Part shown: positions 1 through 12,370 of the stretch, in pieces
Layout of the letters: each line of letters starts with the position of its first letter
How positions within the stretch are numbered: the first letter of the stretch is position 1
Assembly (NCBI RefSeq): GCF_006345805.1
Contig: NC_043001.1
Location: 14,756,001 to 14,820,000 of the forward strand
Direction: 5' to 3'
Length of the DNA: 64,000 nt
Source of the DNA: Octopus sinensis
Taxonomy: Eukaryota
Position numbers and translations under genes: made by a program
Notes under the pieces: model-generated
Seen by the model: only the letters and a program-made list of their open reading frames with translations
Told to the model about the DNA's origin: nothing
Database searches by the model: none

Positions 1-38
1 TTTTGAGAGGGACAGAGGTGGGGGTTAGCGGGTCCTAA

Positions 39-258
39 TCTCTATATATAAACGGCAAAATGTGTGTGTGTGTGTGTGTGTGTATTTATTTTTTCTTCCA
101 GTAGCCGGTTCTTTTGGTCAATCTATCGTATCTCCAGCCGTTTCAGATGCCAAGAAATCAACAATTGTCAAAGTGTAGTACTACGGTTTTGCTATGGAAT
201 GGTGAGACTACTTTTTTCGCTTCCTGAAAAACTAATGTTTTGGACTTACAACATTTTT
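39..258 (+). mobile_element. 5' part of a non-autonomous Helitron-type element
   Basis: A|TCTCTATATATAAACGGCAAAATGT matches the 5' end of the complete copy at 4573; interrupted by the MITE at 259. Confidence 0.55.
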
Positions 259-1228
259 GGATCTTTTCTTTTTGAAGACCAGATTTTCCTAGTTAACTAA
301 AAAATTTGAAACTTCGTATACTGGTAGAATGTGTCAAAAGAAAACATTAGTGTAAACAAAATTGAAAACAAAATTGTAATTTGTAACTTAAACGTAGTTT
401 AATTTTTACGAATTTTAACCAATGAAATCCCAACATCTTCGAATATTAACCAATGAAATCCCAACATTGCTACGTTATCGATATTGATAAAGAAATATAG
501 CAGACGCACGACACACACACACACATTTGCACAAGCACATAGTAATTAATATATAAGCGTACACACACATACAAACGGACATATACATACACACACATAC
601 GCACACAAGCAAAAATACACGTTGTGTTTTGCCACTTGCCGCAACAAATTTGCACAGAAGGGGGGGGGGTCAATGTTTCATCGTTTCGGGGTCGATAAAT
701 TAAGTACCAATTACGCACTGGTGTCGAGGATTTTTTTCCCAATTTATATCACAGCTTCCGACAAGCTGGGGGCATCTTTTATGAAAAAATATTTCGCAAA
801 TTTTTACAATACGACTCACACTCCACGCTCAAACTCGAGACCGATTTAGGCATATTATTGTTTTGTTTTTGTTGTTTCTGGCCCTTCAAAACCATGGGAG
901 AAGCCTTTTCGGTAAAAAAAAAAGAAAGAAAATATTCAAAAAATATCGTTAATATTTTTATTGGGCGACGAAATTAATCGATTTAAGAGATATAGCTGTT
1001 ATTTCTAGCACATGTAGAAGACACAAGAAGAGGTAAATAATTTGAGCTCGAATGCTGCGATTCCATTGGTTAAAATTCTTGAAATTAAACTACGTTTAAG
1101 TTACGAATTACAATTTTGTTTTCAATTTTGTTTACAATAATGTTTTCTTTTGACACATTCTACCAGTATACGAAGTTTCAAATTGTTTAGTTAACTAGGA
1201 AAATCTGGCCTTCAAAAAGAAAAGATCC
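259..1228. mobile_element. GGATC-ended MITE with ~170-bp TIRs and 8-bp TSD (Merlin-like)
   Basis: Arms 259-~429 and ~1059-1228 are near-perfect reverse complements (GGATCTTTTCTTTTTGAAG...); flanked by exact ACATTTTT (251-258, 1229-1236). Confidence 0.9.
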
Positions 1229-1239
1229 ACATTTTTGCA

Positions 1240-1685
1240 TAATAGCAACGATGGTCACTTCGGCCTGACCGCGGCCACGCTCACGTTGTTTTTGTCTTTG
1301 CCGTTGAAGGCTTTTTTCATTTACGCCAGCCAAGATAAGTTAAAAATTGTCTAAAGTCGTAAGACGCTCCTGTCCTTGTACTGTCCACCTTCGTGTTTTT
1401 TATTTCTGTTTTTTATATATATTTTTGTTTCTTGTATTTACATTCGTGTGGTATCCTGTCTTTGTTCCGTATACATTCGACCCTCTTTCCAAGAAATTCA
1501 ATGCCTGTGGCTTGGATTTTCCTTGGGGCTGGCCGGATCGGAGTGATATCGAGATTAAACAGCCGAAATTACTAAGATGATCCGGTTCCCGACTGAAGAT
1601 TAGAGGCTTCGAGTGACCTGTCGGTTTTTTGTGTCGTCTCCTTGTGTGTTTTTGCGTTCTTGTCCCACTTTGTAATTTATATTTT
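1240..1685 (+). mobile_element. Penelope-like terminal-repeat family C fragment with hammerhead-like motif (1561-1608)
   Basis: Homologous to 24725-25262, 43402-43535 and 61518-61660 (all minus); ends TTCTTGTCCCACTTTGTA next to TA-rich DNA; carries GAAA...CTGAAGA. Confidence 0.55.
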
Positions 1686-1701
1686 ATATTAAATTCTATA
1701 C

Positions 1702-1750
<49 letters not shown>

Positions 1751-1962
1751 TGTATGTATGTATGTATGTATGTATGTGTGTGTGTGTGTGTGTGTGTTGT
1801 GTGTGTGTGTGTATCAAAATAAGCAACAAGGATATCCAGAGGTAATGCGGCACGATCGTTTCATGAGACTCCATTTGATTTTAATCACCTTATTTTGAAA
1901 TTGCATGGATAATACCATACTAAATTCTGGTGTCTCAACTTAAGTACCATATTCATCTGAAT

Positions 1963-2002
<40 letters not shown>

Positions 2003-2004
2003 AC

Positions 2005-2149
2005 TCTTTTACTCTTTTACTTGTTTCAGTCATTTGACTGTGGCCATGCTGGAGCACCGCCTTTAGTCGATCAAATCGACCCCAGGACTTATTCTTTGTA
2101 AGCCTAGTACTTATTTTATCGGGCTCCTTTTTTGCCGAACCGCTAAGTT
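2005..2149 (-). mobile_element. 3' half of CORE-type tRNA SINE
   Basis: Reverse complement of the tail ...CCAGCATGGCCACAGTCAAATGACTGAAACAAGTAAAAGAG found in many copies in the window. Confidence 0.85.
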
Positions 2150-2153
2150 ATAT

Positions 2154-2227
<74 letters not shown>

Positions 2228-2280
2228 ATATATATATATTATATATATATATTATATATATATATATACACACATATATA

Positions 2281-2460
2281 CAGTAAATCCCAAAAAACGA
2301 ATAACAAACACAAAAAACAACAACTCGAGGACGTGGTACATGTAAACTATTAGCAGGCGCTCAGGAAAGGAAAGAAAGATGGTTTAACGTTTCGAGCAGA
2401 CGCTCTTCTTCAGAAACAGAGTTAAGTTCAATGGAAAGGATGACGGAGGAAGAAAATGGC
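2281..2460 (-). mobile_element. Penelope-like terminal-repeat family A fragment
   Basis: Homologous to 59115-59340; 3' end abuts (TA)n; contains an HHR. Confidence 0.65.
2382..2417 (-). ncRNA. Minimal type I hammerhead ribozyme
   Basis: Minus strand GUUU CUGAAGA A GAGC-GUCU-GCUC GAAA CGUU/AAAC: full core, 4-bp stems I and II, palindromic stem III. Confidence 0.75.
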
Positions 2461-2514
2461 CATATATATTAAAAATGGGGAACGCCGGTTTATGGAATTA
2501 CCTTAGGTTTTTGT

Positions 2515-2605
2515 CCATAGAGGGTTTAGCTTTGTAGCATGTCATCAAATCCCCAAAACCTGTTGACCCAACTGACGATATGCCATAAAGCTAAACCCTT
2601 TATGG
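2515..2605. repeat. ~32-bp imperfect inverted repeat (small MITE-like hairpin)
   Basis: CCATAGAGGGTTTAGCTTTGTAGCATGTCATC vs GACGATATGCCATAAAGCTAAACCCTTTATGG with a 27-nt spacer; no clear TSD. Confidence 0.6.
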
Positions 2606-2735
2606 GCGGGACACCCATGAACGGGTAATCCTATAAGCCGGCCTTCACCATTTTCAATATATACTGCTCCACATCTTAAGAGTGTGCTTTTTCTTTCGGA
2701 TTTATGTTTTTTACAAACGATGTGTATGTGTGTAT

Positions 2736-2768
<33 letters not shown>

Positions 2769-2770
2769 CT

Positions 2771-3001
2771 GGCGGCGAGCTGGCAGACACGTTAGCGCGC
2801 CGGGCGGAATGCTTAGCGGTATTTCGTCTGTCGTTACGTTCTGAGTTCAATTTCCGCCGAGGTGGATTTTGTCTTTCATCCTTTCGGGGTCGATAAATAA
2901 AAGTACCAGTTTCGCACTGGAGTCGATGTAATCGACTTAATCCCTTTGTCTGTCCTTGTTTGTCCTCTCTATGTTTAGCCCCTTGTGGGCAATAAAGAAA
3001 T
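2771..3001 (+). mobile_element. Full-length tRNA-derived SINE (Meta-domain-like body)
   Basis: Head GGCGGCGAGCTGGCAG, B box GAGTTCAATTTCC, body CTTTCATCCTTTCGGGGTCGATAAA, tail TAAAGAAAT. Confidence 0.9.
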
Positions 3002-3152
3002 ATATATACACACATACACACACACACACACATGTATATATATACATATATATATATATATACATATATTTATATATATACATATATAGGTAGGTAGATA
3101 AATATGTATGGTATGTATGTACGTATACGTGTTATACTTATATTTCACGTTT

Positions 3153-3209
<57 letters not shown>

Positions 3210-3594
3210 TCTGTCTGTCTGTCTCTCTTACTCCCCCACCACACACACACACGCATATGAAACTCCCACGCTACTCTATGAGTACTCTAATAACAGATGA
3301 TAATGCTTGTAGACTCTTATCTTAGTGACTGGCTGGGAACAGATTTCTATGAATGGAAGACTACAGCACACACACACACACACACACACACATGCACACA
3401 CACACGCACTTGGGCATCACACACTCACGCGTTCATGCATACAGATATGGATAATAAACGCGACTCATGTATGTGTGCATTGCTTGTGTGTGTATGTGAC
3501 TACGTTTTTGTGAGGATGTGTTTGACATCCTCGACTGAAGAAGTTTCGACATCACTTGACTGTAAGTGTGGATATGCGGGTGTTGCTGTTCGCC

Positions 3595-3662
<68 letters not shown>

Positions 3663-3789
3663 TGTGTGTAATGTGTTGTAAGAGAAAACGTTAAGCACAA
3701 CACCCACCACTTAAAACTTCTCTCTATAGCTTCGCCATATTCAGCAATACTTATTTCTGTACTCACAAGAAACTCTATCTGTCTATCCG

Positions 3790-3865
<76 letters not shown>

Positions 3866-3966
3866 ATATCTATCTATCTATCTATCTATTAATCTATCTA
3901 TCTATATCCATCCATCCATATACATATATATATATATATATATTTTATATATATTTTATATATATA

Positions 3967-4009
<43 letters not shown>

Positions 4010-4572
4010 TATATATTTTGTCTAGTTTCAGCTCAGAGCTGCGGCCATGCTGATATATATATATATAATATACACACATATCAGAAAGGGCGGTAGCGAA
4101 TACTAATTTTGCAGATACAACTCATGACTAGTCAAAGCTACTTTCACCGCAATATTGGATATAGATCCATATCGATAAATATGCATAGCCAATGATTGTA
4201 TCCAGGACCTAACAATCAATGCACGGCGTATTTAGTGGACTTATTTGTAGTTTTATGACTAATGGACGTCATCAGCCTTCGTTCGTGAAACTAGCTCTGC
4301 TGTTAGTGTTGTTTATATCGGTTTATATATTCAGACTCTGTTCTCTTCGCCTACACATTGTTACTGGTGCATTGGAGATATGGTGACATGCCAACGATGG
4401 CGTAGTATTCCACTTTGTCGAGCGGTCTGCTAGAAGTAGCAGTTGGATTTCTCTCAAATTGTACTTTTGGAGAGCGGGGGTATACGTTGGCTAAAGAATG
4501 ACAACAGCGATGACAAAATTAATATGGAGGTATGGTAATGGGCAAACTAGGAGCGTGTATGTGGTTGCTTGA

Positions 4573-4939
4573 TCTCTATATATAAACGGCAAAATGTCTG
4601 TCTGTGTGTGTGTCCTTTATACAAATCCACAGTTTTTCAGTTAGAGGGCTCACACTTTCTATGGTCATTCAAAACCGTCCAAGGGTGGTCGAGCACATCT
4701 TTACATTTCCCCAGTCACCTAACAAAGCCATTAAAAAAATCAATAGAAGTGACATTTTTGTGAATTTTCTATCCAAAACCCAATCAAAATGCCCGAAACT
4801 TGATACGCCAATTGAAAGCCTGCTAGCTGTATGTGAGTGGTCGGAGATTTGGACAGTACTCGCGTGTATGTGCGCATGCACGCAGCTGTATATGCATGCA
4901 CTAGCACTATGACCTGGCAACGCCGGGTCATAGTGCCAG
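4573..4939 (+). mobile_element. Complete non-autonomous Helitron
   Basis: A|TC 5' end, terminal hairpin 4900-4940 ending CCAG|T (CTAG consensus), no TSD. Confidence 0.8.
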
Positions 4940-5031
4940 TCTGCTATAAACAGCAACCGAATTTGTCTCGAATTACACTTATGGAAGTGTCGGTTGTTGT
5001 CGAGCCACCCAATGTGACTAATTCAGAAGGC

Positions 5032-5619
5032 TGTAATCTCGCTTAGTAATAAACCCGGATGAAGAACATATAAACAAGGTTGTAAATTTACATTTATTGT
5101 GGCCACACGTACATACACAACGGAATGATAAACAGGAATGGATGGTGCGTAGAGGCCATGGTCTTCTGTGCTTTGCTTCTACTCGCAAGTTGGCGTGTGG
5201 TATGAGAAAGAGACAGTCAGATTACGTCTTTACAGCTCGTGTCCCAGTGCAGAAAAAGGCAGAGGTGAGTGTCTGAACCTTAATGTTGCGTAACGCCTTC
5301 CATATATGGGCGAAATACCTATTTCTTTACTTCCCACAAGGGGCTAAACACAGAGAGGACAAACAAGGACAGACAAACGGATTAAGTCGATTATATCGAC
5401 CCCAGTGCGTTACTGGTACTTATTTAATCGACCCCGAAAGGATGAAAGGCAAAGATGACCTCGGCAGAATTTGAACTCAGAACGTAGCGGCAGACGAAAT
5501 ATTGCAAAGCATTTGGCCCGGTTTTCTAACGTTTCTGCCAGCTCGCCGCCTTTTCTACATATGGGCAGATTGTTTGAACCTGCTGTCAAGGCGGTGGGGG
5601 GGGGGTAACTGCGCCTACG
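5032..5619 (-). mobile_element. Candidate solo LTR (Gypsy-associated) interrupted by a SINE
   Basis: Minus strand starts (C/T)GTAGGCGCAG, has AATAAA, ends ...GATTACA; its first ~140 nt match 7175-7318, which adjoins Gypsy pol; TSD imperfect. Confidence 0.45.
5312..5550 (-). mobile_element. Meta-like tRNA SINE with TSD
   Basis: Full SINE; ATATGGGC at 5304-5311 and 5559-5566; the uninterrupted version of the site is visible at ~7260-7280. Confidence 0.9.
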
Positions 5620-6011
5620 GAAGCGGTCGATTAATAGTAGTGTAGTCGGAGTGTGCACAAGGAGGGCGCAGAAGAACGAACCATGGCAACACGGTTGTAT
5701 GAACAACTGAAAAAAAAATACAATGCAAATATGTAGAAGTAAAAACGTTCAGCAGAGAAAGGTGTCCAATTAAATAGAACAAAGCATATATGTACAATGA
5801 TACAGAAAGAGAGAAAATGTGAATGCAGTGTCCATAACAACATAAGTCTATTCTCTGGAACAGTCAGTGGCGAGGCAAGGTTAAGAAATGTACGTCTGAT
5901 ATGCAAACGTGATAATAACTGTCCAGCAAACTGGAAATCACAGGATGTAAAAGTCAAAGTGCTTGAGGTGCAATGTTGGCTGCTGAGATATGAGCAGTAC
6001 AAAGACTTTGC

Positions 6012-6126
6012 CTGCAAGGGCAGTGCGTCGCTTGCAGCAGGAAAAAGTGTTGTTAGTCTGCAAGAGTAGTAGGTCGCTTGCAGAGGCTAGTGTTGTAAAC
6101 CTGCAAGAGCGGTGGTTCGCTTGCAG
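6012..6126. repeat. Three spaced palindromes CTGCAAG-N12-CTTGCAG
   Basis: Units begin 6012, 6058 and 6101 (periods 46 and 43 nt). Confidence 0.8.
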
Positions 6127-6220
6127 AGGCTGGAAGTGCTTCCATGCAGGAGCAATGAGAAAGCAACTAAAATCCTAGAGTGAGGTGCATGCGTGTATGA
6201 ACATTGAAACAAGTAACATA

Positions 6221-6708
6221 GGATCTTTTCCTTTTGAACGGCACTTTTCAACACAATTTCTAGTTAACTAAACACTTTTAAACTTCGTATACTGGTAGAA
6301 TGTGTTTATAAAACATCATTTTTTTCTTGACTTTATTGAGAAAATTCTATATGTTGTAACATATTTCGTCTTTAATTTCGAGCATTTCCGCAATTTTAAC
6401 CAATGGCTGACGTCCATTTAGGTAAATAACATTCTGTGCATAATGAATATGTCCCTCCTTTAAGAAACAGATTGGGTTTATTTACATTTGAGAAGAAAAA
6501 AGATACCCTTCCCCCACCCCTAACCCTAACTAACCCTAATAGATTGAAATGCAATAGATTGATACTAGGGCCATAAGTATGGGTGACATTTTCATTTGAC
6601 ATCGCTAGAAAAAAATCCCATTTCCCGTAGCGGAGTCGTCTGAAATTGTCACCCATATTATAACCCTATTATCGATCAACCCTAGTGCCGTTCAAAAGGA
6701 AAAGATCC
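6221..6708. mobile_element. GGATC-ended MITE with 8-bp TSD (Merlin-like)
   Basis: TIR GGATCTTTTCCTTTTGAACGGCAC; exact TSD GTAACATA (6213-6220, 6709-6716); internal CCCTAA repeats at 6517-6539. Confidence 0.9.
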
Positions 6709-6829
6709 GTAACATATAATGTACACAATATTCAAAACATTTGTGCATACATAGGTAAGGTCCTGAAAAAAGAAGTGAAAGAAAAGCAGACAATTGAAAT
6801 GCGGAAGCAAGGAAAAGTTCCAGTCTTTA

Positions 6830-7170
6830 AAGCAGGGTTCAATTAAATCCGAAGTGGTCAATATGTCCAAAGATGTCATTCACGCGACGATGCACCTTGG
6901 AACGCTGACATGGTAAACAGGCACGTGACCAAGTAGTGGTAGACCGGCGCATATTCGGCCAGAAAAAGCGGGCCGAGATAAGCTTTACTGTGGTCGCAAT
7001 GCTGAGGTGTAACAGTGAATGCAGTGTTTCAAAAACAGCACGACGGTGCGTTCAGGAACGAAGGGTCGTAGTGACCCGGTAGGAACATCGCAGAGAATAG
7101 TTCCTTCAGAAAAGGGCAGAAGCAGGTGTACAAACTTGCAGCAGGAAAACTGTGGTGAAGAGACATCCGG
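6830..7170 (-). pseudogene. Degraded Gypsy pol: linker, integrase HHCC zinc finger and start of the core
   Basis: Minus-strand translation across frameshifts gives FVHLLLPFSEGTILCDVPTGSLRPFVP / HRRAVFETLHSLLHLSIATTVKLISARFFWPNMRRSTTTWSRACLPCQRSKVHR / DLIEP. Confidence 0.85.
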
Positions 7171-8084
7171 AGCCAGTCAGGTTGCGCCTTCACAGCTCGC
7201 GTCCCAGTGCAGAAATAGGCAGAGGTGAGTGTCTGTCTGAACTGTAATGTTGCTTAACGCCCTCTATGTATGGCCAACTTGTTTGAACCTGCTGTCAAGG
7301 GAGGTAACTGCGCCTACACATTTATTATTTTGGATAGAGGGAGACATATTAGATAATGCAGTCTTAGACATACGATGCCTGAGGAAAAGACGGGATGGTC
7401 ATTGCTGGAATCGCTCTGTCAGGACTGGTAAGGAATAAAGAAGAAAGACAAAACCATCACCACCACCACCACCACCACATCAACAACAACAACAAAATAT
7501 TGAAGTAGGTCGAGGAGCGAACGAGAAACTTCTGTGTCTTACCTGATCTTCCAGAAATAACAGCTGAATTTTCCCTCAAATTGTACATTACTTGACACAC
7601 TGTATAATGTAATTTCAGATATTCTGAACAAAGGTGGTCACAGGATTAAATCATAATCGCCATCTGTGGATTAAAATAAATGTATATACGCAGTTGAAAG
7701 GCTCGATGCTATAAATTATGTTTGAAAGAAAATCTCTCCATCGGTTAAAACACGATATATATTGGAACGAGACGAACATCTCCACAGCAATAGTCCAAGA
7801 GAACGACAGATGCATTTCGGCTCTCTTGAGCCTAGTCAGTGACGTACACTTGCCAGTCAGATGCTTAGACAAAATTTCTCGACCCTGACTTTTAGGAAAT
7901 AGCAAATAATTTGTTCACTGATATTGCAGAAAGCTTGCCGGGCAGAATAGAAACTCTGTGCACGCAACTGAAATAGTGTTAAATTAAAATAACCGTCCAC
8001 GTATCAGGCTTAACGTATATTCGCCATAAAAAGACATCATGCTGTGGTTTTTGTCTAAGAGAATATATTTATGGCCATGTGCTA

Positions 8085-8213
8085 AAAAAAGGCTGGTTCC
8101 CGACCACATGGTTCCGGGTTCAGTTTCACTGGGTGGTACCTTCGGCAAGTATCTTCCACTATAACTCCAGGCCAATCAAAGCCCTGACAGCGGATTTGGC
8201 AGACGGAATTGAA
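8085..8213 (+). mobile_element. Diverged CORE-SINE 5' fragment
   Basis: CCACATGGTTCCGGGTTCAG...CCTTCGGCAAGTATCTTC matches the family head. Confidence 0.7.
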
Positions 8214-9108
8214 AGTCACACACACACACAAGTTGAGCCATTCCATAAATAATACGGTCTTTCATATTTCTTTTATTTTCCAAAATTAAGATAAACAGAG
8301 TTCTTTTTAAATCTAAAATGAATTCTCCTGTAGAACTACCGTGCGGAAGGAGAGGTGACGATGACTGGCTCCTTTAATACACCGCACGCTCGCTTACAAT
8401 ATATATTCGAAAAGTATGAATGAGTATGAGTGTCAGAAGGAAAGGAGACGACACAACCGGTAGAATGTTAAGAGATTTTATTTATGTGTTAATGTGTGTG
8501 TCTGTGTGTGCGTCATAAGTATATATATAATAGTAACAATAATAGACAGGCCGTCATATATACATAATGTATATGCGTGTGCATAAAATACAGAGCATTG
8601 AAAGAGTCCATAACAGGACGTTAGACGAATGTTCAGACACAAGGAAGATAAATACCAGTTCGTTGTAAGGTACACAATAGTTGAAGTGCTGCAACAAGAA
8701 GGTGTGGCTGTAATGCAGAGTCGGTTGAAGCACATGTCGTGTAAGAAGTTGTGGCTACTATGCTGCTGCCGGTCACTTGATACAGGAAGATCTCGCAGGT
8801 TGTACTTGCTGTTAACCATGGTGAAGTAATTCACAAACAGTGAGGGGATAGAACCTGGAGAGTTGCTGGTGTTGCTGTTGCTGTTGAGGGAACGGTCTTC
8901 GTCCCAGAGCTCGCAAGATGGGAGAAGTCCGAAACGTGGTCCTTTGCTATTCGAACTGCACTTTTCAGAACTTGCACTAAGAATAAGGACAAGGTAAAAT
9001 TACTGCATGCTTTTATAGCAAGTTGATGCAGGTAGTTTATCCCGTCCCCTTCTGATTCATGCAATTGAAAAAACTGCATTATTTATGGGATGTCCCAATA
9101 TATATTTG

Positions 9109-9186
<78 letters not shown>

Positions 9187-9189
<3 letters not shown>

Positions 9190-9938
9190 GATGTAATAGG
9201 TAAATTGGGACAAATTTTAAATGGGTATATTTCTAATTGAATAGATTTTGTTGGAGTCTAAATTTTAAACATTACCAGCTTGAATAATCACTTGTACTAT
9301 TTTCTATTTCAGATTAAACCAACTATGAATGTTAATTAAGAGTTAAACTGTAGAAGTGTAATTGCCGAATTATTCTGCACTGGCAAAAGTGCTGGGAAGA
9401 TTGTTAGAGCCACAAAGTATGCCAAATCTACTGTTTTCAGAGCTGTAACCAATTTGAAGAAAAGCCAGGATGTTCAGAGAAAATCTTACAGTCCTCGTAG
9501 TGACCGAAAACGCACACCTCGCTTCTTAACAGGACTTGAAAAAGTGATTGGGTCGAACCCATGAAAATCGATGGCGAAATTGGCTCAAGGTCAAGGAATC
9601 AGTAAGATGACCATTTCTAAGGCGATGAGACAAGACCTCCATACGAAATCGTACACGAGGAGACACTGTAACATCCTAACTATTGGCTCCAATGCCATTC
9701 ATGATGAAAGAAGTCCCAAACCTCTTAGTCATCTGTAACATCGTGACGGAGACGTCCGCATCTTCGTGGAGGAAAAGTTCGAGATAGACGAAGTTGCAAA
9801 CCGTTAAAACTCATGAGTGATAGTGTACGATCCTTCCCAAGTTCCTTCAGCTATGCATAGCAAGAATCTGACTTCCATTATAGTCTTTGAAGCTGTTGCA
9901 AGGATTGGGAAATCGATGTCTTCTCATTTTATTGAAGC
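9187..9938 (+). pseudogene. Degraded Tc1/mariner transposon (maT/DD37D-like) 5' half
   Basis: TA|CAGG left end in (TA)n; from 9325 a stop-interrupted HTH region (RSVIAELFCTGKSAGKIVRATKYAKSTVFRAV...RKRTPRF) then IFVEEKFEIDEVANR...HSKNLTSIIVFEAV. Confidence 0.8.
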
Positions 9939-10177
9939 AGTTTTTGTTGACAAATAATGGCAGTAACTTTATTCAACTGAATACACGTCACTGATTGGTT
10001 GAAATTACCGAACTAGGACTACTTTAACATGAAATAACTTCGTAAATATAAGTTTTTTCTCAAAAATGCTAAGAGTAAAAGATGTTTTATATAACACATT
10101 CTACCAGTGTCCGAAGTTTGAAAGTGTTTAGTTACAAAAAATTAGTTTTTAAACTGTCAGTCAAAAGGTAATGATCC
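9939..10177. mobile_element. One half of a GGATC-type MITE
   Basis: Reverse complement of 57743-57990; ends CAAAAGGTAATGATCC. Confidence 0.75.
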
Positions 10178-10993
10178 GTCATATCATTTGTCTTACAAAC
10201 GTTACATTCGTTTTTGTCACACACATCACACAAGCTAAATGAGAATTTTGTGACCACATAGAATTATTGTCTAGCAAACTTATCAACATTCTTTCTCTTA
10301 AATTCCAAGCTCAATGCAAATAAACACCATGAGACTATTTATGCTGCTTTGGAAGAATTTAGAGAAATAAGGAGCTAATAGTTCCTGATGAAAAAAGTTG
10401 TGAAGGTCACATATATCACAAGTTTTGGGGCGTCTTTAAAAAATTCAACATAAATTCCAGGTAACATATTTTTGTTTAGTACCGGTCTAGGTAGTTAAAG
10501 TTTACTGGGGAAAATGAAAGAACACAATTCTTGTAAATGCTTAAGCTTTACAGTTTAGGTATTTCTATAACTGGTGTCTCAGACTGTCACGTACGTTACA
10601 CAAGGATGAACATCTAAAACCTGACATGAACATCCAAAACAATAACCTGATTCCGTTCTTTCGCTATGTCTCAATTTCGTAGAAAGACTAATAAAATTAA
10701 ATTGTCTGCATTTCTACGAATGCCAGGTCGTTTAGTCTGCTGGATATGTATAAGTAGAACAAGACAAGAGTTTAATTCTCTATTAATAAAACCAGATACT
10801 TTAAACCAGAATTTCTTAACTCTGTTTTTGCCTGAGGCCTCATCAATTTCTCTTTTACTCAGATGGATCTTCAGAGCCATTCGATGTTTGAAAACTCCTA
10901 AGAATATTATAATTAAATATTCTTAGGAATCGTATTAAAAATATGTTAAAATATTTGGCGTGTTTGTACAAGTATATATATTTGGCATTTTAC

Positions 10994-11164
10994 AGCGTAG
11001 GAGTGGCTGTGTGGTAAGTAGCTTGCTTGCTTACCAACCACATGGTTCTGGGTTCAGTCCCACTTCGTGGCACCTTGGGCAAGTGTCTTCTACTATAGCC
11101 TCGGGCCGACCAAAGCATTGTGAGTGGATTTGGTAGACGGAAACTGAAAGAAGCCAGTTGTATG

Positions 11165-11232
<68 letters not shown>

Positions 11233-11456
11233 CGTGTAAGTGTATGTTTGTGCGTCTGTGTTTGTCCCCCCACAACATCACTTGTAAATCGATGCTGGTG
11301 TGTTTACGTCCCTGTAACTTAGTGGTTCAGCAAAAGAGACTGATAGAATAAGTACTAGGCTTAGAAAGAATAAGTCCTGGGGTTGATTTGGTCGGCTAAA
11401 GGCGGTGCTCCAGCATGGCCACAGCCAAATGACTGAAACAAGTAAAAGAGTAGAGT
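10994..11456 (+). mobile_element. Full CORE-type tRNA SINE with internal (TA)/(TG) tract
   Basis: Head GGAGTGGCTGTGTGGTAAG, CORE-like GCACCTTGGGCAAGTGTCTT, standard tail. Confidence 0.9.
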
Positions 11457-11920
11457 ATAACCAATTTATTGCACACAAATTTTAGCAAAATCATTTATGG
11501 ACACCTCCGCCCCCCTGGATAAAGTGAACGCCCCAAGAGTCATGTGGACCTCGGCTGAGAACCACTGGCATTAACTCCTTGAAAAGACACGTCGAAAACA
11601 TTCTCCTCTGGAATCATTCCAATCATTAAACCAATCTTGGGTTTTCTTCAAACGTTGTGTAAAGAATATGGCTATCTATGATAACTGATTATTTCAAGAA
11701 GAATATGGATAGGGCCTTTGGCGACGAAATCTTACTCTTTCAAGAAATAATGGTGGAACTTTCAGGTATTTCGATCTGTCGACTAAGAATCTACTTAAAC
11801 AAAATGGCTGATGAAAATCAAATCATTACAAACAATGGCCCAAGGCTAATGTTGAACGAATGTTCGATGCTAGTAAAACATCAAAGTAGATTTCTTTCCT
11901 AACATTATTTGCAGTATCTA

Positions 11921-11921
11921 T

Positions 11922-11999
<78 letters not shown>

Positions 12000-12001
12000 G
12001 C

Positions 12002-12044
<43 letters not shown>

Positions 12045-12053
12045 ACTATCTGC

Positions 12054-12148
<95 letters not shown>
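11921..12148. repeat. (CTAT)n microsatellite
   Basis: Direct tandem tetranucleotide. Confidence 0.97.
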
Positions 12149-12269
12149 CATATATGGGGTGGTGGTGGTGCTAAAGAGTACCTGCCTTTGGCTAAAAGAA
12201 AATACAGGAGCGTCAGTTACTTATGATTTTATGCACCATATTCCCCTCTCAGATTCACATTGCAGTGGT

Positions 12270-12370
12270 CCTTCAGGTTTTCTAAGCCCTGTAAAAGAAC
12301 TCGGAAGGCCGTGCCTCCAACCTGGCCTTTCGCGACACCCTTCAAGGCAAGAACTTTTCAACAGCCCCTC

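Noticed and set aside
3525-3555. GACTGAAGAAGTTTCG motif
   Set aside because: The GAAA element is on the wrong strand relative to CUGAAGA
5261-5270. AG|GTGAGT splice donors here and at 7221-7230 suggesting duplicated exons
   Set aside because: They lie in an LTR-like block on the opposite strand to Gypsy pol; no acceptor or conserved reading frame
8913-8947. Hammerhead-like GCAAG..GGA-GAAG-TCC GAAAC GTG GTC CTTTGC
   Set aside because: Stems form but the CUGANGA core is absent (only ATG); may be chance or a deleted remnant
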